DNA of 64,000 bases from Gammaproteobacteria bacterium (GCA_965209035.1 OZ242372.1:1376001-1440000), one strand, 5' to 3'. Counted from the first letter of the stretch, positions 12,001-21,384 are shown. The notes: generated by a model from the letters alone, not told the origin. Program-made: numbers and translations.

Positions 12001-12466
12001 TAATAGCCAAAAAGACGATGAGGGACAAGGACATTGGAAGTCGGTATATCTGGTATACCTGAGGGAAGATCGCAATGCTACATTTAAAGGCGGGGATGTT
12101 GCAGATACGCATATCAGTATTCTTAATATCAAAAAGAACTTCAGGTATTTTCAAGCATTGGCTTCCGGCAAGCACGAACCTCTGCAAGAACTCTGCAGTC
12201 AAACGGAGCGAGAGTTATCCAACAAAGAAGGGTTGGACTTTTATACCCGATTGGTCCGCAAGGCAATTTCGGATATCATCGGCAACTATAGAAATCGGGC
12301 AGTGGCAAAAATCGGGCAGAGAGATTTTACATTACCCAATCAAAATGAAAGGCCGCAGCAAAACAATTTGGAACTCATTAGTTGGTTGATTATCAAAGAC
12401 CCGAGCCAAGAATCGCCGTTCAAAGATTCGGAACAAATCACAAATCATAAACATAATGCCCAATAA
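9086..12466 (+). CDS. PLD-nuclease-domain SNF2-type helicase
   Basis: PLD motifs HGKMY and GSANFT; helicase motifs LADSVGLGKT, DESH, SATP, SEGQNLQ and QRFGRIDR. ATG at 9086 chosen over TTG at 9071. Confidence 0.85.
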   Translation: MKNILDNSSPEKSVGNFLKQEIPKADLMRAVSAYFTIYAYESLETELSDLTEFRFLYGDPRFVGLVDPDKGYVSPMKLTEDGLTVVMQLQQKLQARKCLKWLEDANVKIRSMRQSNFLHGKMYHLEKADTEYQNATVGSANFTLNGLGLSTNKNIEINILADEPTAQSLKEWFDILWSDERRVLDVKEKVREALQKLGKDYSPEFVFYKTLFEYFKKQFEEYEQSGDIIEKTHLPDTEIWKKLYKFQKSGAHNIIAKLNRFNGCILADSVGLGKTWTALAAIKYFELLNERVLVLCPKRLEENWKYFTQESGIVGNPLEQDRFAYKVLAHTDLSYPDKPGLRNFNWGAYNLVVIDESHNFRNDAGIKKAEDGTERMSRYRFLLEKIIKEGARSKVLMLSATPVNNSMRDLRNQIYLMTEGSRDAFSENLKINDLEKFFARAQTAFQQWEKEKHRNKSVLMEKLDDRFFNLLGSVSIARSRRHIKEFYKDAVQELGSFPKHAPLVSKKPEPDDAKDYKYQDTWQGISDFGLSIYKVFHYVKDLSLLEREKAKQFNQKEREEALISMLRINFLKRLESSPHAFSLTLARTINKIEERLSGIKEWNTNLQKDAELPEDMLDEGGAESEEDTELVFYKRDSIKYSQLDTKKWETDLQKDKAQLQKVLDRVKEINPDRDGKLKDLKEVIRKKWQNAPTDNEGNPNYKILIFSTFLDTTKYLYENLRQLAEEHGRHIAMVSGGGQNMTSTGNNGFHDILNQFAPHGRGVPLKEDEDAIDLLIATDCLSEGQNLQDCDCVVNYDIHWNPVRLIQRFGRIDRLGSKNKEIRMINYWPPLKLNDYLNLEGRVEARKGLMELVSTGDSSIPSDMQKVSADGAQLELSFRNEQTKKMEEAEDIEDLYASDNSLSLSDLSMDDLFMTLQEYLATKRKELEEAPLGIYAVTDLERSPLVSIAEQEIRPGVIFCLGQKEEEGQKDDNSQKDDEGQGHWKSVYLVYLREDRNATFKGGDVADTHISILNIKKNFRYFQALASGKHEPLQELCSQTERELSNKEGLDFYTRLVRKAISDIIGNYRNRAVAKIGQRDFTLPNQNERPQQNNLELISWLIIKDPSQESPFKDSEQITNHKHNAQ

Positions 12467-15400
12467 TACTTCAACAAATGCTTCCGCGGATCCGGCTGCC
12501 GGGCAAAAGATTAAAAATCTCCTGGGGGGCTTGGCCGGCCCGGGAAGTTTTACGGCGGAAAGCATTCTCAAATTACTCGGCGGTTTAAATTATGAAAGTG
12601 AAAGAAAGGCGGAGGATATTTACCGTTCCTCTTCAACGGGTCAAGATGCAAGTCTGAAAGAAGAAGGGGCGGACTATGACGAGCGAAATACGATACCTTT
12701 TTTAAAATATCTTAAAGAAGAAGACTGGCAAGAGATTCATACTATTCCCTTGGTATTGCAGTTTACCAATGACGAAATAAGACCGCAGGATGGTTTGTTT
12801 GATGGAAAAGAATTTAATCCCCAAAACAACAGTTGTTTTTACTTTTTAGCGGTAGATCTTCTTGAAGAGAAGAAAAGATCACGCACAAACTATGTGCGTA
12901 AAGTCAGACAGATTAGTCGCGGATTTGAGACACCGGTCATTATATTTTTACGCAATGGCGACAAACTGACTATTGCCTTTGCCGATTGTCGTCCTTCAAG
13001 GAGAGATCAAAATAAGGATGTCATTACTTCCGTTTCCTTACTGCACGAAATTAATACGAAAAATCCGCACAGAGCGCATACGGATCTTCTGACGGATTTA
13101 AATTTTAAGAAAAGAGAGAAATGGATGCGGGATGAAAATGCATCTTATGATTTTGAGGGGCTGCGTAAATCTTGGTTGCAGGTATTGGATGTTAGCGAAC
13201 TCAATAAAAAGTTTTACCGGGAATTACAACAATGGTTTCAAAGAGCCTGCAAAGAAGCCAAGTTTCCAAAAGCCATCATTAAGCATCCCGGCCAAGATGA
13301 CCGCACAGTATCTGTGGAGGAGCAAGTGATGCGTCTGATAACCCGTATTCTTTTCATATGGTTTATGAAGGAAAAGAAGTTGGTGCCGAAGGAATTGTTT
13401 AAGAAGAGCAAAGTATCCGAATGGTTAACATTAAAAGATGAAACAAAATCCGGCGGAAACTATTATCAAGTTGTTCTACAAAATCTGTTTTTTGCGACTC
13501 TCTGTACACCGATTGCCGAGCGTGACTCCGGGCAGCCCGGTAAAAATGATCCAAACTACCACTACAAATACCAAGATCTGATGACAGGCCCGGACCCGGA
13601 GGACTTGTTGCAAGAATTTGAGAAAATCCCTTTCATTAATGGCGGGCTTTTTGAGTGTCAAGATCATCGCACAGCAGAGGAGAAGCGTTTAATAGACTGC
13701 TTTACCAATGATCTTGCCGAGCGCAAGGAATTGTCTGTACCGGATGCACTTTTCTTTGGTAAAAACGGGCTATTTGAATTGTTGAATCGTTACAAGTGGA
13801 CGGTAGAAGAAAATACGCCGCTGACCCAAGAGGTCGCTTTGGACCCGAAACTGTTGGGGATGACATTTGAAAATCTTCTGGCAAGCCTTGATCAGGATAC
13901 CCAGGAGGATGTGCGTAAAAAAACCGGCTCTTACTATACGCCGCGCAGCATCGTTTCTTATATGGTTCAAGAATCCTTGACTGCTCATTTAATTAGCCGG
14001 GTAAAAAGTGATGACAGTGAAGGCAGCGTAGATGCGACAGAAAAGTTTTCAAAAAAAGTATCAAAATTATTTGAGGAGAATTTTGAGGAGAGTTTTGATA
14101 AAGAATCATTTACGAAACAGGAGACCAAATCTCTGGTGTCAGAAATTCACTCTATTAAGGTATTGGACCCCGCTGTTGGCTCGGGTGCTTTCCCGATGGA
14201 AGTGTTATTGCAACTTGCACGCGCCCTCAAACATCTGGACCCGGATAATAAAGTATGGCCTAATTGGAAAATGAAGGGAATTGAGCATGACACCAAAATA
14301 TTGAAAAAATCGAACCTTGGAGAGGAACAGTTCAAAAAAAATGATTATCTGCGTAAGTTATACTTGATCCGGGATAACATATTCGGTGTGGATGTTTTAC
14401 CCATAGCCTGCCAGATTGCAAAATTACGCTTCTTCATTTCGTTGATCATAGAGCAAACACAAAATGATGACCGGAATGATAACTTTGGCATACACCCTCT
14501 TCCTAACTTGGAAACAAAGATCATTGCTGCGAATACTTTATTCAATAAAAATATATCTCTGCTAAAATCCAAGTCGTCGACTCAAAAAATAGAACGCCTA
14601 ATTTTAGAAAATCGCAAACGCTATTTTACGACTCACAAAAAACAGGATAAAAAAGAATGTATCGCGTTGGACTCTAAGTTGCGCGGAGAATTGTGCGAGG
14701 AATTAAAAAAGGTAGATCCTGAGCGAGCCGAGTATCTTACAGATCAGATCTTGGACTGGGATTTCTTTAATCAGCATATATCCGCAGACTGGTTTGATGC
14801 CGACTGGATGTTCGGCGAAACGGACGGTTTTAATTTAATCATCGGCAATCCGCCGTACAGGCAATTACAAAAAGAAGGAGGGCGTTTAGGAAAACTTTAT
14901 GTGGGACAAAATTATCATAGTTATGAAAAAAAGGGGGACATCTATTGTCTTTTTTATGAAAAAGGAATTCAACTTCTTAAGCAAAATGGCCACCTTTGTT
15001 ATATTACCAGTAATAAATGGCTACGCTCACAATACGGATTTTCCATGAGAGAGTACTTGGCAAATAATTCTCGAATTAAACAAATCATTAATCTGGGGGC
15101 GAATATCTTTTCCACTGTTGCTGTGGATACGAATATCCTTTTGACGGCGAAAGAAGAACCTTCAAATAGGGTGAAAACACTGACTTGTGATCTGAGTGGT
15201 TGCGATAAAAAGAACCTAAATAGTGCGGCGGGTATAAGGGAAGTCTTTCAGAAAAATGCAAGTAAAAGTATCTTAAGACAAGATGGCAGCATATGGTGGG
15301 ATATCCACTCTGATCCTTGGATAGCAGAAATAACAAGAAAAGTCAAGGCAAAAATTGACGAAGGCAAGGGCAACTCACTACAAAAGTGGCCGGGAATATC

Positions 15401-16253
15401 TATTAGACGCGGCATTGTTACCGGATGCAATGAAGTATTGATAATTAACAAGAGTCATAGAGATCAATTGATTTCTGAAGATGCTAATAGTCAAAACCTA
15501 ATCAGGCCTCTTATCCGAGGAAAAGAGATAGGGAGGTATGATATTAATTCTCAGGATAATTATTTGATTTATATCCCATCTTCTCAAAATAAAAAATGGC
15601 CTTGGTCTGAATATCAAAAAGAGGAAGAAGCAGAAAAAATATTCTTAGAACATCATCCGGGAGTCGGCAAATATTTGCACAGCCATAAGGATAAATTAAA
15701 AAATATTGTCTCTAAAAAACAGTTTTATTGGGAAGCAGATACTTGTGCTTTTTATAAAAGTTTCGAAGAAAATAAAATTGTGGGTAAAGAGATGTTGTCG
15801 AGTCCGTCGTTTTTTTACGATAGGGAAAAAAGAATTGTTCTTGATACCTGCCTTATGATTAATGTCCCCAATGTCCCCGATACCTCCGATGCCTCCGATG
15901 CCTCCAATGCCGAATATTTACTCGGAATGCTGAATTCTAAATTACTATCTTTTGCTTACAAGACTTTTTATGCGGGCGGTGGTTTGGGGGACAAGGGTTT
16001 CCGATATAAAAAGAGTTTTCTTAAAAAATTACCGGTGATAATCTTTGATCCCCAAAATTCTAAACATCAATCTCTTGTTAAGTTAGTGCAAAAGATCAAC
16101 AACTCCGTAAGCAAAGACGGTATGTCCGCATCTGTGAAAGAATGGATCAACGAAACAGATCAACTCGTGTACGAGATATACAAATTAACCCCGAAAGAAA
16201 TAATCTTGATAGAAGCAGAAATGCCCCTGACAGAAAAAGAAAACCAAGTTTGA
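12456..16253 (+). CDS. Eco57I/TaqI-like N6-adenine DNA methyltransferase with C-terminal target recognition domain
   Basis: TGSYYTP, motif I DPAVGSGAF, motif IV IGNPPY; overlaps the helicase 3' end by 11 nt. Confidence 0.88.
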   Translation: MPNNTSTNASADPAAGQKIKNLLGGLAGPGSFTAESILKLLGGLNYESERKAEDIYRSSSTGQDASLKEEGADYDERNTIPFLKYLKEEDWQEIHTIPLVLQFTNDEIRPQDGLFDGKEFNPQNNSCFYFLAVDLLEEKKRSRTNYVRKVRQISRGFETPVIIFLRNGDKLTIAFADCRPSRRDQNKDVITSVSLLHEINTKNPHRAHTDLLTDLNFKKREKWMRDENASYDFEGLRKSWLQVLDVSELNKKFYRELQQWFQRACKEAKFPKAIIKHPGQDDRTVSVEEQVMRLITRILFIWFMKEKKLVPKELFKKSKVSEWLTLKDETKSGGNYYQVVLQNLFFATLCTPIAERDSGQPGKNDPNYHYKYQDLMTGPDPEDLLQEFEKIPFINGGLFECQDHRTAEEKRLIDCFTNDLAERKELSVPDALFFGKNGLFELLNRYKWTVEENTPLTQEVALDPKLLGMTFENLLASLDQDTQEDVRKKTGSYYTPRSIVSYMVQESLTAHLISRVKSDDSEGSVDATEKFSKKVSKLFEENFEESFDKESFTKQETKSLVSEIHSIKVLDPAVGSGAFPMEVLLQLARALKHLDPDNKVWPNWKMKGIEHDTKILKKSNLGEEQFKKNDYLRKLYLIRDNIFGVDVLPIACQIAKLRFFISLIIEQTQNDDRNDNFGIHPLPNLETKIIAANTLFNKNISLLKSKSSTQKIERLILENRKRYFTTHKKQDKKECIALDSKLRGELCEELKKVDPERAEYLTDQILDWDFFNQHISADWFDADWMFGETDGFNLIIGNPPYRQLQKEGGRLGKLYVGQNYHSYEKKGDIYCLFYEKGIQLLKQNGHLCYITSNKWLRSQYGFSMREYLANNSRIKQIINLGANIFSTVAVDTNILLTAKEEPSNRVKTLTCDLSGCDKKNLNSAAGIREVFQKNASKSILRQDGSIWWDIHSDPWIAEITRKVKAKIDEGKGNSLQKWPGISIRRGIVTGCNEVLIINKSHRDQLISEDANSQNLIRPLIRGKEIGRYDINSQDNYLIYIPSSQNKKWPWSEYQKEEEAEKIFLEHHPGVGKYLHSHKDKLKNIVSKKQFYWEADTCAFYKSFEENKIVGKEMLSSPSFFYDREKRIVLDTCLMINVPNVPDTSDASDASNAEYLLGMLNSKLLSFAYKTFYAGGGLGDKGFRYKKSFLKKLPVIIFDPQNSKHQSLVKLVQKINNSVSKDGMSASVKEWINETDQLVYEIYKLTPKEIILIEAEMPLTEKENQV

Positions 16254-16496
16254 CATAAAAAGCCTTCCATATTCTTATGTGGCACACCATTTCAGTAACC
16301 CACCTCCAAACTTATTGATGTAATACTAATTTTTCATAACTTATAAACTTAAGAAAATCAATATAAATGTTTTAGAGTACTACATAGTACAATACTCTCT
16401 AAACTAAAAAGTACAAATGATTCATAATATAATTCTAGTATATATAAGAATATGAAAGATAGACAAGGAAACAAGGACCGGTAAAAAAGAAAAAGA

Positions 16497-17012
16497 TTGA
16501 TGGGAGCATATTTAAGTAACGGGTATATTTTAGATCCAAAGAAAAAAGAAATTATTATTAAATTTCATGAAGAAAATGAACCTCCATATTTGATCAATCA
16601 ATTATCTCAGAAATTTGGTGTGGAAAGAGTGTACTCCACAGATATGCCTTGTAACATTTCCGGCTGGGTAAAAAAATCAGGTGAAGGGAAATATGAAATA
16701 GCATTAAACAATAAAGAAAATTTTAGGCGCAAAAGATTTACCGCTGCCCACGAATTGGCGCATCTTTTGTTACACGAAGAATTTATTGGAGATGGGATAC
16801 AAGACGATGCTTTGTATCGGAGTAAGCTATCTTCGGATAAAGAGGTTCAAGCCAACAAACTGGCAGCAGATATTCTTATGCCGTATCGTAAAGTCTATGA
16901 CTTTTTAGGGGTGGGTGCGAAAATGATAGAACTGCCTTCTATTTTTGAAGTTTCACATTTAGCGATGTGTATCCGACTTGGAGTGAGTGATGTTGCTTTG
17001 GCAAATTCATAA
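16497..17012 (+). CDS. ImmA/IrrE-family zinc metallopeptidase
   Basis: RKRFTAAHELAH (HExxH) and EVQANKLAADILMP. Confidence 0.88.
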   Translation: MMGAYLSNGYILDPKKKEIIIKFHEENEPPYLINQLSQKFGVERVYSTDMPCNISGWVKKSGEGKYEIALNNKENFRRKRFTAAHELAHLLLHEEFIGDGIQDDALYRSKLSSDKEVQANKLAADILMPYRKVYDFLGVGAKMIELPSIFEVSHLAMCIRLGVSDVALANS

Positions 17013-17073
17013 TTCAATAAGAATAATCATTTACAAGAAAGGAAACAAGGACCGGTAAAAAAGAGAAAGATTT

Positions 17074-17589
17074 ATGAAAGCATATTTAAATAACGGATAT
17101 ACTTTAGATTCAAACAAACAAAAAACTATTCGGTGGTTTCATAAGGATGGTGAACCTCCTTATTCTGTGAGCAAGTTGGCTAAACTTTTTGGAATAGAAA
17201 AATTGTATTCCGGGGATTTACCTTATAACATTTCCGGTTGTATCAAAAAAATTGGTAAAGAGGATCAGTACGAAATAGTATTAAATAGCGGGGAAAGTTA
17301 TAACCGCAGAAGATTTACGGCAGCGCACGAACTGGCACATTTTTTATTACACAAAGATGATATAGGAGATGGGATCAAAGATGATGCTTTGTATCGCAGC
17401 AAGTTATCCACGATCCAAGAAGTGGAAGCGAATAAACTGGCGGCAGATATCTTAATGCCGTTGGATAAAATTTATGAGATTTTAGGCAAGGATAAAAGGT
17501 TGGCGGAATTATCTTCTATTTTTGAAGTTTCAAATTTAGCGATGTGTATCCGCCTTGGAGTTAATGAATTAACTTTATTGAGTTCATAA
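17074..17589 (+). CDS. ImmA/IrrE-family zinc metallopeptidase (tandem paralog)
   Basis: RRRFTAAHELAH and EVEANKLAADILMP; same length as the first copy and a shared upstream motif aaggaaacaaggaccggtaaaaaa. Confidence 0.88.
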   Translation: MKAYLNNGYTLDSNKQKTIRWFHKDGEPPYSVSKLAKLFGIEKLYSGDLPYNISGCIKKIGKEDQYEIVLNSGESYNRRRFTAAHELAHFLLHKDDIGDGIKDDALYRSKLSTIQEVEANKLAADILMPLDKIYEILGKDKRLAELSSIFEVSNLAMCIRLGVNELTLLSS

Positions 17590-17632
17590 TTCAATCAATC
17601 ATAGTATAATAATACTACACAAACATAAAAAT

Positions 17633-17830
17633 ATGAAGGGCGGCGCAAAAAAACAAACAGGGGAAACAATGAGCGTTTTCCAATTTATGAAAATAGTGCC
17701 GGATGAGGCAACTGCTCACAAGTTTACGGAAACGCTAATTTGGTCGGACGGGGTCAAATTGAAGTCCCTTTTTATTTGGCGTTTCATTAATGAGAGCGGA
17801 CAAAGTATAGTAGTTTGATGAAACAAGCGG
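17633..17830 (+). pseudogene. Internally deleted IS1595-family transposase remnant
   Basis: N-terminus MSVFQFMKIVPDEATAHKFTETLIWSDG resembles IS1595 N-termini. It is joined to LKSLFI and, frameshifted, RTKYSSLMK, matching the C-terminal remnant in the MITE at 59633. Confidence 0.6.
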
Positions 17831-17840
17831 GTATTGGATT

Positions 17841-18326
17841 ATGAAAAAAGAAGGAAAATATAAGCCTTCTATATTGGCGAATCATTTTATTCATAGGGCG
17901 AGACAAGATAAAGTAACGATCACTAACTTATCTTTACAAAAACTGCTTTATTTCTTACACGGTTATTATTTAGTTAAAACGGATAAAAGTTTATGCCGGG
18001 AACATTTTCAACCTTGGCATTACGGACCTGTTATAGAAAGTGTTTATCAGTATTTTAAGCGTTATGGTATGACATCTATTAAGGAATATTATGCGGAGTA
18101 TGATCCAAAGAGCACAAACTTTATTTCTTGTATTGTTTCGGATAAAGATGAAGAATTCCGGCAAGTTTTTGATGAGGTATGGGGGTCATACGGGAGAAAA
18201 GATCCCTTTGTAATGGTTAATATTTCACATCGCGATGGCGGGGCTTGGTCCGAAGCCAGACGCAATAACCAATTGTATTTAGCAGACGAAGCCATAAAAA
18301 AAGAATTTAGCGTTATTTGTAAATAA
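17841..18326 (+). CDS. Panacea (DUF4065/SocA-like) antitoxin-domain protein
   Basis: ANHFI, ITNLSLQKLLYF, FQPWHYGPV..VYQYFK and SHRDGGAW motifs. Confidence 0.85.
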   Translation: MKKEGKYKPSILANHFIHRARQDKVTITNLSLQKLLYFLHGYYLVKTDKSLCREHFQPWHYGPVIESVYQYFKRYGMTSIKEYYAEYDPKSTNFISCIVSDKDEEFRQVFDEVWGSYGRKDPFVMVNISHRDGGAWSEARRNNQLYLADEAIKKEFSVICK

Positions 18327-18661
18327 TGTTAGATCATAATACAAATAGTTCTGAACCCCAAGTAATTGAACGGGAGAGTGGGGAAGACAAATTACAAGAA
18401 GATTTATTAAAATCCAGGAAGTTAAAAACTGGTTTAAGGGGTTTTTTAGGTGAAGAAGAAGAAAAAATAACTAATATCGTATTTTTGACATTAGCTGCTA
18501 TATTTCTCTTAATTGCTGCCTTTATATTCCTCCCATATTTTTTCGATCCCCCAAAAGATATGTGGATTGAATTTAGTTCTATTTATGTTTTTCTTACCAG
18601 TATGGCTACACTCGCTTTTGGCTATATTTTTGGACGAAGCTCACAACCTAAAGGCAAGTAA
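18326..18661 (+). CDS. Small 2-TM membrane protein; candidate toxin partner of the Panacea protein
   Basis: TAATG stop/start coupling; two hydrophobic helices ending GYIFG. Confidence 0.65.
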   Translation: MLDHNTNSSEPQVIERESGEDKLQEDLLKSRKLKTGLRGFLGEEEEKITNIVFLTLAAIFLLIAAFIFLPYFFDPPKDMWIEFSSIYVFLTSMATLAFGYIFGRSSQPKGK

Positions 18662-18941
18662 CTAGCGTAACACCCGCATCATCTCATAAAGGTTTTGGAC
18701 TCTGAGTTCGGCATTGTGCGTTCTCGGATCAATGCATTCAACGCCGGACGCATTGATGACTAACTTCTTTGGCATCATTTCAAACATCTCCGTTATTCTT
18801 ATAAACAATTCTCGCCGGTTCGGTTCTTAATCAAAAAATCCGAAGTCGGATGGAATTATGCAGACTTGTATATCTCTTGGAAGGTGGAATGTCTTTGGCT
18901 TTAGGAACGATTATTATTAAACTTAACAAGAGGAAAACAAA

Positions 18942-19277
18942 ATGGAAGAAAGAGATATTGAAATAACTGACGAACTCGTCACTCGCACCAATGCCCTGCT
19001 TAAGGAATTAGGCAAGGACAAAGAATATGTGGCAGAGGAGAGCGGCAGTGCACATATGTTAAATATATTAACCCGTGACGAGAACTGTATTAAGTGCCTT
19101 GAGGGCTGGGCAGTCCAAAAGGACGATGGAACTTACGAAGTGAGCTCCGGCACTGCACCCGCTTATGACGCCGACGTCGTCACCGTGTCCGGCAACGATG
19201 ACGATGCTCGTGATGCAATCTTGAGTGGTATGCGTCCGCTGATCGAGGCTCTACCGAAAGTTACAAAGAAAAAATAA
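18942..19277 (+). CDS. Hypothetical acidic protein
   Basis: Good RBS (agagga) and a 111-aa ORF; no recognised motif. Confidence 0.6.
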   Translation: MEERDIEITDELVTRTNALLKELGKDKEYVAEESGSAHMLNILTRDENCIKCLEGWAVQKDDGTYEVSSGTAPAYDADVVTVSGNDDDARDAILSGMRPLIEALPKVTKKK

Positions 19278-19303
19278 AAGGAGCGTTGAATAGAGGTGTG
19301 TAA

Positions 19304-19660
19304 ATGATAGAAGAATATAATACGTGGTTTCTTGCCGAAGGAAAAAGTCAAACCAAAAAAGTTACATTTAGGAAATGGCTTGCGGTTCTGGGAGCAGATG
19401 GAATAGAAAAGGGGCATCCGCCAAGTACTGTGCGGCAATATAGCAACGCCATAGACAAGATTTCCCAACACTATTCAGAAAACAGAGAACCCATAGATTT
19501 GTATGAGGTGAATGATGTTGAGGAATTATCGCGCATCTCCACTCTTTATCGCAGTGGCGAATACAAAGGAGTTGGTAGAACTTGGTCCGGGGATTATAGA
19601 GCAGCCATTCAGAAACTCGTTAATTTCGAGAAATACCTAAACGAACACAACCTTCGTTGA
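19304..19660 (+). CDS. Hypothetical protein resembling an integrase N-terminal SAM-like helical domain
   Basis: RBS gaggtg; pattern FRKWL..STVRQYSNAI..IDLYEV..YRAAIQK. Confidence 0.55.
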   Translation: MIEEYNTWFLAEGKSQTKKVTFRKWLAVLGADGIEKGHPPSTVRQYSNAIDKISQHYSENREPIDLYEVNDVEELSRISTLYRSGEYKGVGRTWSGDYRAAIQKLVNFEKYLNEHNLR

Positions 19661-19953
19661 TCTTAACCGGTTAACGAGAAGGGATAATACTGCTACTGCT
19701 TTGAGGGATCTTGTGCGAAATACCGGGCGAACCTCATTTCGCGGCACCCTTTGAAATCTTAACCGGGACTATGGCATAGCCCCGCCGCAGAAAGCAGATA
19801 TCGGTTTTTGAATGATGCGATGCTGTGGCTAATTGCCGGCTCTTTGATCTGAGCACACACAATACCCAACCCGGCGTCCAAAACCTTTCCGGGGTTATGC
19901 AGAAGCCGAAAGCGTTGCCATATTTGGGAGATGAACTATAATCTCTTTCCGCA

Positions 19954-20736
19954 TTATTGATATGTGTATATGGTATACGAATCGAGAGTTCCGTCACCCG
20001 AGGAAAAATTGTGCCTGGTAAGTTGCCCTGCCTCATTGTAGATGTATGTGGTGGACTTATCGAGAGTGCCGTCAAAGTAAAAATTGCGCTTGGTGCGTTG
20101 CCCCGCCTCATTGTATGTGTATGTGATATAAAAATTGACAGTTCTGTCACCCCGGTAATTATTTTCCCTGGTGAGTTGTTCCGCCTCATTGTATCTGTAT
20201 GTGTAGTGGCTAATGAGAGCTCCGTCCGCCGAGTAATGATTTTTCCTGATAATTTTTCCCACAGCATTGTATATAGAGATGGAGTACGAATGGAGAGTTC
20301 CGTCAGTCAAGTAATTGTTTCTCCTTGTTTCTTGCCCTGTTTCATTGTATGTGTATGTTGAGTAACTTTTGAGATGTCCTTTACCCAAGTAAGTATTTTC
20401 TCTGGTGAGTTGCCCCGCAGGGTTGTATATATATGTGGAGTAAGCCCCGGGAATACCCCTACCCGAGTAAGTATTCAGCTTGGTGATGTTCCCCGCAGCA
20501 TTGTGTGTGGATATGGTGTACGAAACGAGAGTTCCGTCAGCCGAGTAAACATTTTTTCTGGTGCGTTGCTCTGCCTCATTGTCATTGTTGTCGTTATTAC
20601 CGGCACAAGCGGTGAGAAGGGCGACAAGTAATCCGCCGAGCAAGAACATTAAGGAGGACCTTTTGTGTTTGCCTGTAATTGTATTGGGATGGTGGGCCGT
20701 CCAATCCTGCCCGTTTTTGATCTTCTTATGCATCAC
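19954..20736 (-). CDS. Lipoprotein with YD/RHS-like repeats
   Basis: Lipobox LTAC; about eight ~25-aa repeats of YTYNxAGQxTRxNxY. Confidence 0.75.
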   Translation of the reverse strand: MMHKKIKNGQDWTAHHPNTITGKHKRSSLMFLLGGLLVALLTACAGNNDNNDNEAEQRTRKNVYSADGTLVSYTISTHNAAGNITKLNTYSGRGIPGAYSTYIYNPAGQLTRENTYLGKGHLKSYSTYTYNETGQETRRNNYLTDGTLHSYSISIYNAVGKIIRKNHYSADGALISHYTYRYNEAEQLTRENNYRGDRTVNFYITYTYNEAGQRTKRNFYFDGTLDKSTTYIYNEAGQLTRHNFSSGDGTLDSYTIYTYQ

Positions 20737-21120
20737 TTAATTCTCAATTTCCTTCGTGTAAATCTGCTCCTCTTTACGAATAATTTCTTTTTCCGTTTCG
20801 TCATAGTAATGTCGCATAAACTTTTGACCCGGTTTTACGGTGAACAGAGGATCTATCCATTTCAATGTCCCGTTTGAATGATAATAACGCTCTTCCAACA
20901 ACATCCCATATCCGTTGTAGATGGCTCTTTTCTTCACATTTCCATCTTCATCAAAATAAGTTGATAGGACTAGGTTTTTATTATAGAGATCCTCCCAGTC
21001 CTTCCTCTTAATTGTTCCATCTTCTCTGTAATAGATTTTACCTTCTACCGGCACAGTGGTGCAACCGGAAAAAATGGTGGAGCAGATAACAATTAAGATA
21101 AACGCTTGTAGGTTCAACAT
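20737..21120 (-). CDS. Small lipoprotein with MORN/YwqK-like repeats
   Basis: Lipobox FSGC; YYREDG, YFDEDG and YYHSNG repeats. ATG at 21120 chosen. Confidence 0.6.
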   Translation of the reverse strand: MLNLQAFILIVICSTIFSGCTTVPVEGKIYYREDGTIKRKDWEDLYNKNLVLSTYFDEDGNVKKRAIYNGYGMLLEERYYHSNGTLKWIDPLFTVKPGQKFMRHYYDETEKEIIRKEEQIYTKEIEN

Positions 21121-21311
21121 AAGAGATCCCGAATTCAGTGAGTTGGACAACTTCATTTCTCTCATTATAAAAGGAAGGGGGAAGCGTTTTATTATTCCGG
21201 GAAAAACTTGAAAGTCACCGCCCCGTACAAAACACAATAAAGCAAGACATCTGTTAAAAACAAGCAACAAACCGCGACAGATATTCTATAATAGATTTAT
21301 TGAATCGGATG

Positions 21312-21384
<73 letters not shown>

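Noticed and set aside
9086-16253. BREX or DISARM assignment
   Set aside because: No pglZ/brxC or drmA/drmB-like companion genes are present in the window.
16369-16404. 36-nt GTTTTAGAG...AAAC resembling a type II CRISPR repeat
   Set aside because: It is a single copy with no array, tracrRNA or cas9; kept only as a possible operator.
19734-20267. Alternative-frame repetitive ORF
   Set aside because: It is a shadow of the YD-repeat lipoprotein frame.
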